Counted from the first letter of the stretch, positions 1-10,373 are shown. The stretch is 64,000 nucleotides of DNA from Bacteroidia bacterium (GCA_965216465.1 CBDCFW010000005.1:448001-512000), one strand, 5' to 3'. Notes: a model not told the origin generated them from the letters alone. A program made the numbers and translations.

Positions 1-192
1 AATGATACCGCCGTTATGCATGTTGTTACAACAGGAATTCAGGATACACGATACATTGAAATATTAACAGGATTAGAAAAAGATCAAGAGCTTATTGTTG
101 GGCCTTATGATGCAGTAAGCAAAAAATTGGATCAAGGCGATAAGGTTAAAGTATCGTCTAAAAAAGACCTACAAAAGCTTGACAAAGAATAG
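1..192 (+). CDS. C-terminal fragment of probable efflux RND periplasmic adaptor (HlyD/MacA-like), partial at window start
   Basis: Frame 1 reads NDTAVMHVVTTGIQDTRYIEILTGLEKDQELIVGPY...DKE* (TAG 190-192); V.TG.QD..YIEI..GL pattern typical of MacA-like C-termini. Confidence 0.7.
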   Translation, partial: NDTAVMHVVTTGIQDTRYIEILTGLEKDQELIVGPYDAVSKKLDQGDKVKVSSKKDLQKLDKE

Positions 193-193
193 C

Positions 194-2608
194 ATGAAAC
201 AACTTACTACACTACTATTGGTTTTCTTCTCGATTCACAGCATTGGCCAGGTGAATTATCAAATTGATGGCATTTTACATTCAAATGATGAGCCAATTCC
301 TTATGCCACGCTTATGTTACATTCAACAAGTGACTCAAGCATGGTTAAGGCTACATTCAGTGACAGTGTAGGAAGCTTTGTATTTACCGATATCTCAAAC
401 GGATCGTACTTCATAAAAGTAAGTGCTATAGGTTACCTTCAAAAGCCTTCAGAAACTATTGTAGTACAGGGTAAAAATGTATCAATCGGCAAGCTTGAGA
501 TTTCACCTAGCAGTCAAGTGCTAGAAGGATATGAGGTAGTAGCCATGCGTCCAATCATTGAAGTGGAGGCAGACAAATTGGTATTTAACGTTGACAAGAC
601 CTTAAATGCAACAGGCTCAAATGGATATGATCTCTTAAGAAAGGCTCCAGGTGTTGTTATTGACAACAATGGTCAGATTATTCTTGAAGGTAAATCGGGA
701 ATTCAAATTTTCATTAACGGTAAGCAATCATTCTTGTCCGGTGATGATTTAATTAGTTACCTTAAATCACTTCAGTCATCAAACATTGATGCCGTTGAAA
801 TTATAACACAACCATCTTCTAAATACGATGCGGCTGGTAATGCCGGAATTATAAATATTCGGTTAAAGAAAAGCAGTGATGAAGGAACTAATGGCTCTGT
901 TACTGCAGGATACAGTTATGGAGTAAATCACCGAAGCAATTTGTCAGGAGTTTTAAATCACCGTAAAAAGAAAAGTAATTTCTACTCTTCTCTTAACAAT
1001 AGCTTAGGAAACACTTGGAGATTTGTTGACTTCAATAGGCTGCAAGAAGGGTTTAACTATATTTCAGAAACAGACAATAAACAAAGTGTGAATTCGATTA
1101 ATGGCCTCATGGGCTACGACTGGTTCATAAACGACAAACATACCTTTGGCGTTTTAGCTTCGGGCAACTTGATGTCGACAGATCTTTTGAGCGGAACCGT
1201 TACAACCATTTCGCCAGAAAACTCAAATGTGATTAATCAAACCCTGATTTCCGAAAGCAATAAAGAAGGACACAATTACCAAGTGGCTGGAAATGTGAAC
1301 TACAACTATAAAGATAGTCTTGGTCACGAATTAACGGTGAATGGTGACTACGCACTATTTAATCGAGTGGCCGTGAGCTATCAACCCAATACTTATTACG
1401 AAGGAAATTCGAATGTGAAGCAGTTTGAAAATAACTATCGAATGAACACCCCAACATCGATCGAAATTGCTGCAGCGAATGTTGATTATTCATTTAAGCT
1501 TTTAAAAGGGAAGGCATCAGTTGGGGCAAAATATTCTTCAGTAGCAACAGACAACACTTTTGAATTCTTTGGAATAGAGAACGAAGTTGATGTTTTGGAT
1601 TCAAACAGGACCAACTATTTCTCCTACACTGAGCGTGTTACTGCGGGTTATGTAAACTATGCTCGAAAAATTTCAAAAAAATTAAACTTTCAAGGAGGAT
1701 TGAGAGTAGAACGCACGCAATCACACGGAATTTTAACGAGTTTTAAAACGATAAATGACAATGAAGTTAAGCGTGACTACACCAACTACTTTCCTAGTGC
1801 AGGGTTAACCTATAATCAAAGCTCAAAACACATTTTTTCGGTTAATTACAGTAAGCGTATTCAAAGACCAAACTATCAATCTCTAAATCCATTTGAAGAG
1901 CAAATTAATGAACTTGCATACCGTAAAGGTAATCCGTTCTTGCAACCGCAATATGGATCGAATATGAAACTTACTCATTTATTTAAAAGAAGATATTCTA
2001 CATCAATCACCTACAGTTTTATTCAAGATTACTTCGCTCAGATTACCGATACGCTGGGCACGAATAAAAGCTTCTTAGTTCCACGTAACGTTGCCAATCA
2101 ACAGGTAATTACGCTTGGTGCTAGCTTACCTATACAAGTAACCAAGTGGTGGAATATGTTTCTGAATATGAACGCCTACCAAACTTCATATGAAGGAACA
2201 GACGACAAGTTTCAACCCATTGACATCAACACCTTCGGACTATATACTCAAAATACGTTCAAACTTCCTAAAGATTTAAAACTAGAGGTGTCTGGTTGGT
2301 ATAGAACACCTTCTATTTGGGGAGGAACCTATTTAACAAAAAGTATGGGAGCCATGAATGTGGCATTCGAGCGTAAGTTTTTGAACGAGCTGTTGGTTAC
2401 TCGTCTTGCATTCTCAGACATCTTTTTTACCAGTCCATGGCGAGCTAATTTGCAATATGGTGTATTGATAAGCTCTGGAACTGGAGGTTGGGAAAGTCGA
2501 AAAGTAGATTTTACCGTGACCTATCAATTGGGAAATCAAAAACTTAAACGATATCGTCAGCGTGAGACCAGCTTAGACGAGGAAAAGAACAGAACAAGTA
2601 GACCATAG
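194..2608 (+). CDS. TonB-dependent receptor-like outer-membrane beta-barrel protein with N-terminal carboxypeptidase-regulatory-like domain
   Basis: Signal peptide MKQLTTLLLVFFS (ATG 194), plug-like LRKAPGV and IEIITQPSSKYDAAGNAGIINI, barrel GNPFLQP. Confidence 0.85.
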   Translation: MKQLTTLLLVFFSIHSIGQVNYQIDGILHSNDEPIPYATLMLHSTSDSSMVKATFSDSVGSFVFTDISNGSYFIKVSAIGYLQKPSETIVVQGKNVSIGKLEISPSSQVLEGYEVVAMRPIIEVEADKLVFNVDKTLNATGSNGYDLLRKAPGVVIDNNGQIILEGKSGIQIFINGKQSFLSGDDLISYLKSLQSSNIDAVEIITQPSSKYDAAGNAGIINIRLKKSSDEGTNGSVTAGYSYGVNHRSNLSGVLNHRKKKSNFYSSLNNSLGNTWRFVDFNRLQEGFNYISETDNKQSVNSINGLMGYDWFINDKHTFGVLASGNLMSTDLLSGTVTTISPENSNVINQTLISESNKEGHNYQVAGNVNYNYKDSLGHELTVNGDYALFNRVAVSYQPNTYYEGNSNVKQFENNYRMNTPTSIEIAAANVDYSFKLLKGKASVGAKYSSVATDNTFEFFGIENEVDVLDSNRTNYFSYTERVTAGYVNYARKISKKLNFQGGLRVERTQSHGILTSFKTINDNEVKRDYTNYFPSAGLTYNQSSKHIFSVNYSKRIQRPNYQSLNPFEEQINELAYRKGNPFLQPQYGSNMKLTHLFKRRYSTSITYSFIQDYFAQITDTLGTNKSFLVPRNVANQQVITLGASLPIQVTKWWNMFLNMNAYQTSYEGTDDKFQPIDINTFGLYTQNTFKLPKDLKLEVSGWYRTPSIWGGTYLTKSMGAMNVAFERKFLNELLVTRLAFSDIFFTSPWRANLQYGVLISSGTGGWESRKVDFTVTYQLGNQKLKRYRQRETSLDEEKNRTSRP

Positions 2609-2610
2609 AA

Positions 2611-3057
2611 ATGCACCTGAAAAGAACCACTTCATTAAACACAGACTTTATCAATCTAGTGAAGCAGCTTGATGCTGAGTTAGCTGTTGTTGATGGCGAT
2701 GATCATGATTTTTACCACCAATTTAATGGTATTGAAGATTTAAAACATGTGGTTGTTGCATACAGTGGTGATTTTGCTGTTGGCTGCGGTGCCGTAAAAC
2801 CCCTTAGCGATCTCAGTATGGAAGTAAAGCGGATGTTTGTTCCCAAAGAAAATAGAAAGCAAGGAATTGCTAGCGAGGTACTCCGTGAACTCGAGATTTG
2901 GAGTAAAGAACTTGGATTTTCAACCTGTCGGTTAGAGACCGGTAAAAAGCAAGAAGCTGCTAATCAACTTTATCTGTCGAAAGGATACAACATCATTCCC
3001 AATTATGGGCAGTATGCGGGTGTTGAAAATAGCATCTGCTTCGAAAAGGAACTTTAA
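2611..3057 (+). CDS. GNAT family N-acetyltransferase
   Basis: EVKRMFV...RKQGIA acetyl-CoA motif, LETGKKQEAANQLY. Confidence 0.9.
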   Translation: MHLKRTTSLNTDFINLVKQLDAELAVVDGDDHDFYHQFNGIEDLKHVVVAYSGDFAVGCGAVKPLSDLSMEVKRMFVPKENRKQGIASEVLRELEIWSKELGFSTCRLETGKKQEAANQLYLSKGYNIIPNYGQYAGVENSICFEKEL

Positions 3058-3077
3058 ATCAATCTCAAATTTGCACG

Positions 3078-3085
3078 TATATTTG
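3078..3085 (+). promoter_or_regulatory. Bacteroidota -7 promoter element
   Basis: TATATTTG matches TAnnTTTG, 10 bp before ATG 3096. Confidence 0.55.
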
Positions 3086-3095
3086 ACTGCAAGAA

Positions 3096-3950
3096 ATGTC
3101 AGTCAAAAAAACAATCTTACTTGTTCTAGTTTCAGTTTTTGTTGCTACTTGTTCATTGCACAAATCTGGAATTAACGCAAAATCTTCAGCAATAAATGAT
3201 AGCACATTAGGAAGTTGGTATGCTAAAGGTTTGGCCGGTTCTTATGTATACATGTACAGTGATAAAAAACCGCAGTTCAGTTTAGAAGATAGAGATTATG
3301 GTGAATTTCTTGCTGGATTTAAGGGTATCTTGTTGTACACAGACTTAAAGTATGCTATAACAGATTATTTAAAAGAGCAGGGACTGATCGAAAAAGAAGT
3401 TCATCCTTCTCACGACGACATAACCCCATTCGAAATTCTTTCGGGTCACAATGCATTTACATCAGGTCAGAAAAAGATGAGAGGCTGGGGAATAATTAAA
3501 GATGGTAAGCAAGACTTTCATCATTACAATACCGCAATTATTAAATGGGGATACGAAAATTTAATCCCATCGCCAGAATCAATGATTGGCGATCGAACGG
3601 CCCAAGAAGTGTATGATAATATGTTTACGCGGTTCTTTAGAACACTAACAGCCAGCTACATCTACCTCAATAACAATAACTATGATGCAGAAGTTACTGC
3701 ATATCAAGCAAATTTTGATAATGTTGAATTTCAGGCAAAACATTATCTTGAGCAACGCTTTGGAGGCAAACTTCAACAATTTGAGAATCACGAAATACTT
3801 CCTGTAATGAAGCCATCTATGGCATTTGGATTTTGGATGAGGAGAAAGATTGATGGAAGCCATTCAGAGTTTTGGACCGGTCTATCAAAAGTTATGATGA
3901 CCTTCGATAAAACATGGTTTGAAGAGAACACCAAGCTAATGAAAAAATGA
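3096..3950 (+). CDS. Hypothetical exported protein
   Basis: 284-aa ORF with N-terminal hydrophobic signal; no family recognised. Confidence 0.7.
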   Translation: MSVKKTILLVLVSVFVATCSLHKSGINAKSSAINDSTLGSWYAKGLAGSYVYMYSDKKPQFSLEDRDYGEFLAGFKGILLYTDLKYAITDYLKEQGLIEKEVHPSHDDITPFEILSGHNAFTSGQKKMRGWGIIKDGKQDFHHYNTAIIKWGYENLIPSPESMIGDRTAQEVYDNMFTRFFRTLTASYIYLNNNNYDAEVTAYQANFDNVEFQAKHYLEQRFGGKLQQFENHEILPVMKPSMAFGFWMRRKIDGSHSEFWTGLSKVMMTFDKTWFEENTKLMKK

Positions 3951-4759
3951 AAGAAGAAAACGCATACATTTTAGGTACCGATGCAGATGAATTATACCGC
4001 TTAGGTTTACAACACGAAGTCTGGTCGAGCGAAGCACAACGAGGTTGGAAAACAGCTGGATTTAGAGCGGGTCAAACCATTCTAGACCTAGGATGTGGAC
4101 CCGGTTTCTGCACACGTGAACTTGCCTATATTGCAGGAAAGGAAGGCAAAGTAATTGGTATTGATAAGTCAGAAGGGTACATTAACTATCTTCAACAACT
4201 TGCGACTACCAATGCATTACCCATTGAAGCTATCGCTGCAGATTTTGACGAGATGCAATTGCAAGACAATAGTATTGACATGATGTATTGTCGTTGGGCA
4301 ATGGCTTGGATTCCTAACCCTAAAGAAATTTTGACAAAAGTCTTTAAAGCACTTAAACCAGGAGGCAAGGTGGTATTGCACGAATACTACGATTGGTCGA
4401 CCCACCAGACTGAACCACAAACTCCTGCACTGAAAGACGCGATCGCCGCTTGTCTAAAAAGCTTTAAGGAACAACCCGGAGACATCGATGTTGGTCGCTA
4501 TCTCCCACAAATGTTAACCGATATTGGGATGAAGGTTACCCATACCCGTCCAATGTCAAAAATTGCCACACCTGAAAACTTAGCTTGGCAGTGGCCGAGG
4601 TCGTTTTATCACATTTATTTCCATAAGCTTGTTGAGTATGGCTACCTAACTGAAGAGCAAGTTTCGAACGCACTAAAAGAGCACGCAGAATTGGAGCAAA
4701 AAGCCGGAACGACATTACTTTGTCCGCTGCTTATTGAGGTAATAGCAGAGAAAGCGTAG
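3947..4759 (+). CDS. Class I SAM-dependent methyltransferase
   Basis: ILDLGCGPG motif I, LKPGG motif; ATGA overlap with upstream gene. Confidence 0.9.
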   Translation: MKEENAYILGTDADELYRLGLQHEVWSSEAQRGWKTAGFRAGQTILDLGCGPGFCTRELAYIAGKEGKVIGIDKSEGYINYLQQLATTNALPIEAIAADFDEMQLQDNSIDMMYCRWAMAWIPNPKEILTKVFKALKPGGKVVLHEYYDWSTHQTEPQTPALKDAIAACLKSFKEQPGDIDVGRYLPQMLTDIGMKVTHTRPMSKIATPENLAWQWPRSFYHIYFHKLVEYGYLTEEQVSNALKEHAELEQKAGTTLLCPLLIEVIAEKA

Positions 4760-4846
4760 GTCTTCTATCGGATAGGTTCATCCTTTAAACCAAAGTTTTA
4801 GGATAGACAAAGACTACCTCGTAAGTTCGGTGAAAATCGAATCACC

Positions 4847-5359
4847 ATGAAGAAACTTATAATCATCCTGCTTCTCTCTCCTATTCTTTCTTTTGCTAGC
4901 GAAAAACATCACGGACCTGAAACATCATCACTTGATAGTATAGTTTTTCATTTGTATGATGTTATATCGGGCGAAAAGGGTGAAGAACGTAACTGGGAAT
5001 TAATGCGAAGCCTATTTCATCCCGATGCAAAACTTATACCTTCTGGGATGGCTAAAGACTCACTTTACAAAGCTCGATACATTACGCCAGATCAGTATAT
5101 CGAGAAATCGGGCGAGTGGTTGGTAAAAAACGGATTTCATGAAGAAGAAATTCACCGTGAAGTTCAACGATTCGGTAATATCGCTCATGTATTTAGCACC
5201 TACGAAGCGTTTAATAGCAAAGACGATGCAGAACCATTTATGAGAGGAATAAATAGCATACAGCTACTCTTTGACGGTTCAAGGTGGTGGATTATAAATA
5301 TCTATTGGACCCAAGAATCGGAAGAAAATCCTATTCCAGAAATATATTTGCCAGACTAA
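4847..5359 (+). CDS. Exported NTF2/SnoaL-like fold protein
   Basis: Signal peptide; FGNIAHVFSTYE...RGINSIQL...WWI pattern. Confidence 0.7.
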   Translation: MKKLIIILLLSPILSFASEKHHGPETSSLDSIVFHLYDVISGEKGEERNWELMRSLFHPDAKLIPSGMAKDSLYKARYITPDQYIEKSGEWLVKNGFHEEEIHREVQRFGNIAHVFSTYEAFNSKDDAEPFMRGINSIQLLFDGSRWWIINIYWTQESEENPIPEIYLPD

Positions 5360-5964
5360 TGCAAATCACTACCGAAGATCAGCTTCGTGAATACTATGGA
5401 TTCCCTGGTGCAAGAGCCCGTGACAAGGTTTTAAAGGCCTTAGATGCACATGCAAAAAACTTTATTGAACACTCGCCTTTCCTTACGCTTGGAACAAAAG
5501 GTGCCAGCGGCAAAATGGATGTTTCTCCGCGAGGAGGACAAAAAGGATTTGTCAGTATTATAGATGATCAAACCATCATCATTCCTGATTCACGAGGCAA
5601 CAACCGATTAGATTCGCTGGTGAACATTCTTGAAACTAAACAAGTTGGCTTGTTATTCTTTCTACCTGGCGTTGATGAAACTTTGCGCATAAATGGTAGT
5701 GCAATCCTAACCACTAAGCCTGAATATTTGGAGTTATACAAAGACGACCTAAATCCTCCTAAAACGTGTATTGAGATTACGGTTGACGAAGTATTCCTGC
5801 ATTGTGCGAAGGCCTTTATGCGATCAAAGCTTTGGGATGCGGATTCGCAAATCAAGCGATCTGAATTTCCAACCATGGGGCAAATGCTAAAGGATCAACT
5901 AAATTCAGATGGAGAACCTGAGACTTTGGAAGCGATGAAGGAAAGATACCGAAAAGAGCTGTAA
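5359..5964 (+). CDS. FMN-binding pyridoxamine 5'-phosphate oxidase family protein (MSMEG_1061-like)
   Basis: DVSPRGG, IPDSRGNNRLDSLVNI, HCAKAFMRSKLW; start reassigned to ATG 5359 (TAATG overlap). Confidence 0.85.
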   Translation: MQITTEDQLREYYGFPGARARDKVLKALDAHAKNFIEHSPFLTLGTKGASGKMDVSPRGGQKGFVSIIDDQTIIIPDSRGNNRLDSLVNILETKQVGLLFFLPGVDETLRINGSAILTTKPEYLELYKDDLNPPKTCIEITVDEVFLHCAKAFMRSKLWDADSQIKRSEFPTMGQMLKDQLNSDGEPETLEAMKERYRKEL

Positions 5965-5965
5965 A

Positions 5966-6379
5966 CTATTTTTCGTCTAATGATTGCTTGATAATCTCTT
6001 CTAAGACAGCAGTATCAACATCATCAAGCTTGTTAATATAAAGGCAACCCACTCCAGTTTTGTGCTTGCCCAGCTTAGATAATACTTCAGATTGAGCTTT
6101 TAGGTCCAGAATTAAATGTAGCGATATATTGGCCTTTCGCGGAGCAAAGCCAATCTTGAACCAATCAACTTCTCTTCCTGTATTAGGACTTTTGTACCGC
6201 TTGTTTCCAAAGCCAATCATTGACTTACCCCACATTTTGGCCTTTTCACCAGAGGCCTGTTCCATCATTTTTAGAATCTCAAAACTGTCAATGCGCTTTT
6301 GTTCGTCTGCAACTGAATTAAGATAATCTTTTACACTTGCTTCAGTTTCCTTGGTTTTAATGTTGGCTACTTTCCCCAT
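5966..6379 (-). CDS. DUF1801 (YdhG-like) domain protein
   Basis: MWGKSMIGFG, GFAPRKANISL, LGKHKTGVGCLYINKL. Confidence 0.85.
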   Translation of the reverse strand: MGKVANIKTKETEASVKDYLNSVADEQKRIDSFEILKMMEQASGEKAKMWGKSMIGFGNKRYKSPNTGREVDWFKIGFAPRKANISLHLILDLKAQSEVLSKLGKHKTGVGCLYINKLDDVDTAVLEEIIKQSLDEK

Positions 6380-6433
6380 GACTTAGTTTTCTGCTAAGCT
6401 AGTGATTTTTGATGGCTTCGTTATATTCGTGTC

Positions 6434-6793
6434 GTGCGAATCTTGCAATTTGAAATCTCTGGAATTGAGTTTAAAGAGCTGGCAAATCAAATTTATACCC
6501 GATTTGAATTCAAGTTTCACAATGCGAGTGATGATATGATTTTCATGATTTACGAGCGATCTTATCTTTATGAGATTAGTGTTTGCAACATAATTTCCAT
6601 TAAAAAGCAAGGCGTCAAACTGGTACTTGATGCCATATCATCTAATGCCGCTTTAACACTCCGACGTTCAACCTGGGGTCAAAGACGGTTTCATAAACAC
6701 GTGAGAAAAATCATGAAGCAACTACAAGAAGAAAATGGCTTCGAAATGGTCGAAATAAAAGATGAGCTTATACCTTGGAATGGCCACGCTTAG
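6434..6793 (+). CDS. Hypothetical protein
   Basis: 119-aa ORF filling the gap exactly; GTG start 4 bp after a TATATTCG -7-like box (6422-6429). Confidence 0.55.
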   Translation: MRILQFEISGIEFKELANQIYTRFEFKFHNASDDMIFMIYERSYLYEISVCNIISIKKQGVKLVLDAISSNAALTLRRSTWGQRRFHKHVRKIMKQLQEENGFEMVEIKDELIPWNGHA

Positions 6794-6795
6794 TT

Positions 6796-7425
6796 CTAAC
6801 CCCAAGTAGAAGGACTTTCGCGCCATTCGTTCAAACGACTTACATCCTCTGCTTTAACATAGCCAGTTTCTTGAGCATGCTCGATTAAGCTAGCGTAGTT
6901 TCCTAAAGTAATGTACTTGCAATCAGCATTATTGAAGTTGTCTTCGGCAACCTGGAAACCGTACGTAAAGATTGCAGCCATACCCATCACGTTATATCCT
7001 TCTTTTCTCAGATATTCAACAACTTTTAAGCTGCTTCCACCCGTACTGATTAAGTCTTCTAAAACCACAATCTTGGCATTAGCATCAACCTTGCCTTCTA
7101 ATTGTCTTTTAAGACCGTGCTCCTTTGGCTTAGGTCGACAGTAAGCATAACTTAAGTTCAATTCGTCAGCCACTAATGCACCCATAGCAATTCCTGCCGT
7201 AGCTACCCCTATGATAGCATCTACATCTGGAAACTCTTCTTTTATCTTGGCTGAAAGCATTCGTTTGATTTCAGCACGGTGTTCTGCGTAAGATAGAACA
7301 GTACGGTTGTCACAATAGATAGGAGAATTCCATCCGCTTGACCACTTAAACGGATTATCTGGAGATAATTTAATCGCACTTGTTTCTAACAATATTTTAG
7401 CGATTTTTGCTTCTGAATTAATCAT
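6796..7425 (-). CDS. pyrE: Orotate phosphoribosyltransferase
   Basis: SGWNSPIYCDNR, PRPP motif VVLEDLISTGGS. Confidence 0.95.
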   Translation of the reverse strand: MINSEAKIAKILLETSAIKLSPDNPFKWSSGWNSPIYCDNRTVLSYAEHRAEIKRMLSAKIKEEFPDVDAIIGVATAGIAMGALVADELNLSYAYCRPKPKEHGLKRQLEGKVDANAKIVVLEDLISTGGSSLKVVEYLRKEGYNVMGMAAIFTYGFQVAEDNFNNADCKYITLGNYASLIEHAQETGYVKAEDVSRLNEWRESPSTWG

Positions 7426-7441
7426 TTTTAACGGGCTACAA

Positions 7442-8086
7442 ATGTATCGAATTTTTCACGGCAAACACCGTATTTTATTATCATCTACTGAATCCCTGAA
7501 AGAGAATTTTGAACCCGACTTTGTTTTTAAAAAACCGAACGAAGAACAAGTTAAGGAAGCTTTACGTGTAAGTAAGCGATCGACCAAGCCATTAAATATT
7601 TTAATCGTTGGAAACCCAGATAAATTGCTAAGAAAAGTTTTCTTGGAATTTAAATTGGTGGAAGCAGCAGGAGGTATTGTAGAAGATGAGCGAGGAAGAA
7701 TTCTTCTCATGAAACGCTTAGGAAAGTGGGATCTTCCAAAAGGTAAGGCCAAGAAAAATGAAGATATGGAGAAGTGTGCTATTCGTGAAATTGAGGAAGA
7801 AACTGGTGCTAAACAGCTCTCCATCGTATCGCACTTCATGGATACTTATCACACCTATTTTCGCTCCAATGAATGGCAAATCAAGCACACCGTATGGTAT
7901 CTTGTAAAATGTAAAGACGGTAATCATTTGGTGCCACAAACCGAAGAAGATATTGAAGAAGTGAGATGGGTAAAACCCAAAAAGATTCATTTGGCCTTAA
8001 TTGATACCTATCCTGCGATTAAACGCATCTTAAAGGAGTATAAGAGACAACTCAAAGCCAAAAAGAAGTTGCTCAAAGCTGGATAA
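7442..8086 (+). CDS. NUDIX hydrolase
   Basis: Nudix box LPKGKAKKNEDMEKCAIREIEEETG. Confidence 0.9.
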   Translation: MYRIFHGKHRILLSSTESLKENFEPDFVFKKPNEEQVKEALRVSKRSTKPLNILIVGNPDKLLRKVFLEFKLVEAAGGIVEDERGRILLMKRLGKWDLPKGKAKKNEDMEKCAIREIEEETGAKQLSIVSHFMDTYHTYFRSNEWQIKHTVWYLVKCKDGNHLVPQTEEDIEEVRWVKPKKIHLALIDTYPAIKRILKEYKRQLKAKKKLLKAG

Positions 8087-8091
8087 CAGGC

Positions 8092-8565
8092 TTATGCATT
8101 CATGATTTCGTTATATACAACTTCGGGAACATACTTTTTGAAGTTGCCCTTGTACCGAATAAGGTCCCTAACTATTGTTGAGCTTACAGAAGCATTTTTT
8201 TGATCACTCATAACAAAGATACTTTGCACCTTGTTGGTTAAATCTTCATTAACATACGCGATTTGCTGCTCGTAGGTAAAGTCTTGCGTTGTTCGCAATC
8301 CACGCAAGATGAATTCTGCACCTATTGAATCTGCAAAAGTTGCAGTTAGACCTTCGTAATGTTGTACACTCACCTTGTCGTTGTCAGCGAATACCATTTC
8401 GAGCCACTTGGTACGTTGGTCTAGTGTAAACAAATGCCTTTTATCTGCATTTACTCCAATGGCAACAATTACTTCATCAAAGAGCTTAAGTCCTCTATTT
8501 ACGATATCCAGATGTCCATTTGTAAATGGATCAAAGGTTCCAGGAAATATTGCTTTTTTACCCAT
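8092..8565 (-). CDS. coaD: Pantetheine-phosphate adenylyltransferase
   Basis: FPGTFDPFTNGHLDI, ILRGLR, VSSTIVR. Confidence 0.95.
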   Translation of the reverse strand: MGKKAIFPGTFDPFTNGHLDIVNRGLKLFDEVIVAIGVNADKRHLFTLDQRTKWLEMVFADNDKVSVQHYEGLTATFADSIGAEFILRGLRTTQDFTYEQQIAYVNEDLTNKVQSIFVMSDQKNASVSSTIVRDLIRYKGNFKKYVPEVVYNEIMNA

Positions 8566-8567
8566 AG

Positions 8568-9104
8568 CTAAGATTCAAAGTTAAAGAAACTGAAGGTACT
8601 TTGTCCATATTTTCTTGAATCATAGCACTTTGAGTGGTTTATCTTATACGATGTAATGTGTTCAAGAATAAAGACCCCATTAGGCTTTAAATAGTCACCC
8701 TGTTCAATGGTTTTAATCAATTCATTAATCTCTGCTTGTGCCTGGTATGGAGGATCGGCAAATAGAATATCGAACTGTTGATTGCACGACTTCAAAAATG
8801 GAAGTACTTTCTGCTGTCTGATTTCTAAATTAAGGTCTAACTGCTTAACAAGATCTGATATATACCGAATAGACTTGTAATTGGACTCAATGGCAGTTAC
8901 AGATTTACATCCTCGAGATAAAAATTCGAGGCTAATACTACCAAGACCAGTGTAAAGATCTAAAACCTCGATTTGATCAAAATAGTACTTTTGGTCAAGG
9001 ACATTGAATAATGCTTCCTTAGCACGGTCAGTTGTAGGGCGTGCATGAGGCATGTTTCGCTGCGGAAAGCGAAATCCCTTATGTTCACCGCTTATAATAC
9101 GCAT
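8568..9104 (-). CDS. rsmD: 16S rRNA m2G966 methyltransferase
   Basis: MRIISGEHKG, RPTTDRAKEALFN, FADPPY. Confidence 0.92.
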   Translation of the reverse strand: MRIISGEHKGFRFPQRNMPHARPTTDRAKEALFNVLDQKYYFDQIEVLDLYTGLGSISLEFLSRGCKSVTAIESNYKSIRYISDLVKQLDLNLEIRQQKVLPFLKSCNQQFDILFADPPYQAQAEINELIKTIEQGDYLKPNGVFILEHITSYKINHSKCYDSRKYGQSTFSFFNFES

Positions 9105-9823
9105 TCTGAAAAAATACCAGCGAGTATATGTTCTAGTCGCAAATCTGATGATTCAGATTGCAGTTGACCATACGGTGCCAAATGTAGCGTTGGCAGATAA
9201 TTTTTAAACAGTGCCTGAAGCACTTCATGTTCTCCGCTTGTGGCGATACATTCAAAATGTAAATCCTGAACAGGCAAATCCAATTGCTCAACGAGTAGCA
9301 TGATGTAATAAAATAGTTCATCATGGTTTTCTACAGCATACCGGTTGATCAGAAGCAGACCTCCATCTTTAAATACCATTGCCGTGAGTAAATCTTCGCA
9401 GTGATAGAAATAAAGTGAGTTTGCGTGACGCCCTTTTATCGCATCGTGCCAAATGGCAACATCCGTTTTAATATCTGGGTTTACTAAATCCTTAATTACA
9501 CCGCTTAATTGATCATCTATATCTTGAACTACCGAGAACTGTTCAAGGTTCTCAAGAGCTAATTTCGTATAGGTCTTATGGTTGGTTATGAAGTAGGGAG
9601 TATAATCATCTTCACCTAATGGAGCCAGGATAAAATTACATCGGCCATTAACACAAGTCGTTTTTGAGAATATAGACGACTTTATAGCATCCGGAATAAC
9701 ATGATCACTCGATACATGCGAATACTTTAACGTATGATCTTTCGAAAAAGCTTGAAAAAGTGTTGCTTTTGGGAAAAAGCTTATTACCAGCTTATCACTA
9801 ACTGCGTTGTGGTAAGTGGTCAT
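9092..9823 (-). CDS. DUF3822 family protein (probable)
   Basis: LLLINRY...ELFYYIMLLVEQL pattern and position upstream of rsmD as commonly seen in Bacteroidota. Confidence 0.6.
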   Translation of the reverse strand: MTTYHNAVSDKLVISFFPKATLFQAFSKDHTLKYSHVSSDHVIPDAIKSSIFSKTTCVNGRCNFILAPLGEDDYTPYFITNHKTYTKLALENLEQFSVVQDIDDQLSGVIKDLVNPDIKTDVAIWHDAIKGRHANSLYFYHCEDLLTAMVFKDGGLLLINRYAVENHDELFYYIMLLVEQLDLPVQDLHFECIATSGEHEVLQALFKNYLPTLHLAPYGQLQSESSDLRLEHILAGIFSECVL

Positions 9824-9830
9824 TGAACTA

Positions 9831-10373
9831 TTAGCGACTACCCCAGTTACCTCTGTAGTTTACTTCGTAAATTGAACCAACACTAAGTGGGTTTTCTTCC
9901 TCTTGTCGTTCTTTACTAAACGGCATTGGGTCTTCAACCAAGAATACAGGTACAAGTACGTTGTTGGTCTTGATTTTATCGGCCTTCATGATAAACTGAA
10001 GTGTATCGTGAAAAGGTACATAGCGAATATTATCGACATCAACATCCGGGAACATCGAGTCTTTTACGCTAACAAACATTTCTTTGGTTGTAAATACAGT
10101 AGTTGAATCGTCTCGATCACCAAACTCTACCATAATTTTGAGTTGACCATTTTTCATAAAGTCAACTAAGGTATCAAAGCTTGCAGTAAACTGTCCTTTT
10201 TGATCTCTATAGGTTAATTGAGCATCGCGAATTACTTTAAGTTTATCAATAACGGCTTGTTCTTTTAGTGCAACCTCTTTGCCATAGCGAACGGGTTCTG
10301 CAATCGACTCGTAAGTAAAATATGCAAGAACTGCGATCACCACTAATAAGACACCTCTAATAACGTACTTCAT
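9831..10373 (-). CDS. Conserved Bacteroidota membrane-anchored hypothetical protein
   Basis: N-terminal TM helix, LKVIRDAQ..Y...G.F, C-terminal VGS....GNW. Confidence 0.75.
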   Translation of the reverse strand: MKYVIRGVLLVVIAVLAYFTYESIAEPVRYGKEVALKEQAVIDKLKVIRDAQLTYRDQKGQFTASFDTLVDFMKNGQLKIMVEFGDRDDSTTVFTTKEMFVSVKDSMFPDVDVDNIRYVPFHDTLQFIMKADKIKTNNVLVPVFLVEDPMPFSKERQEEENPLSVGSIYEVNYRGNWGSR

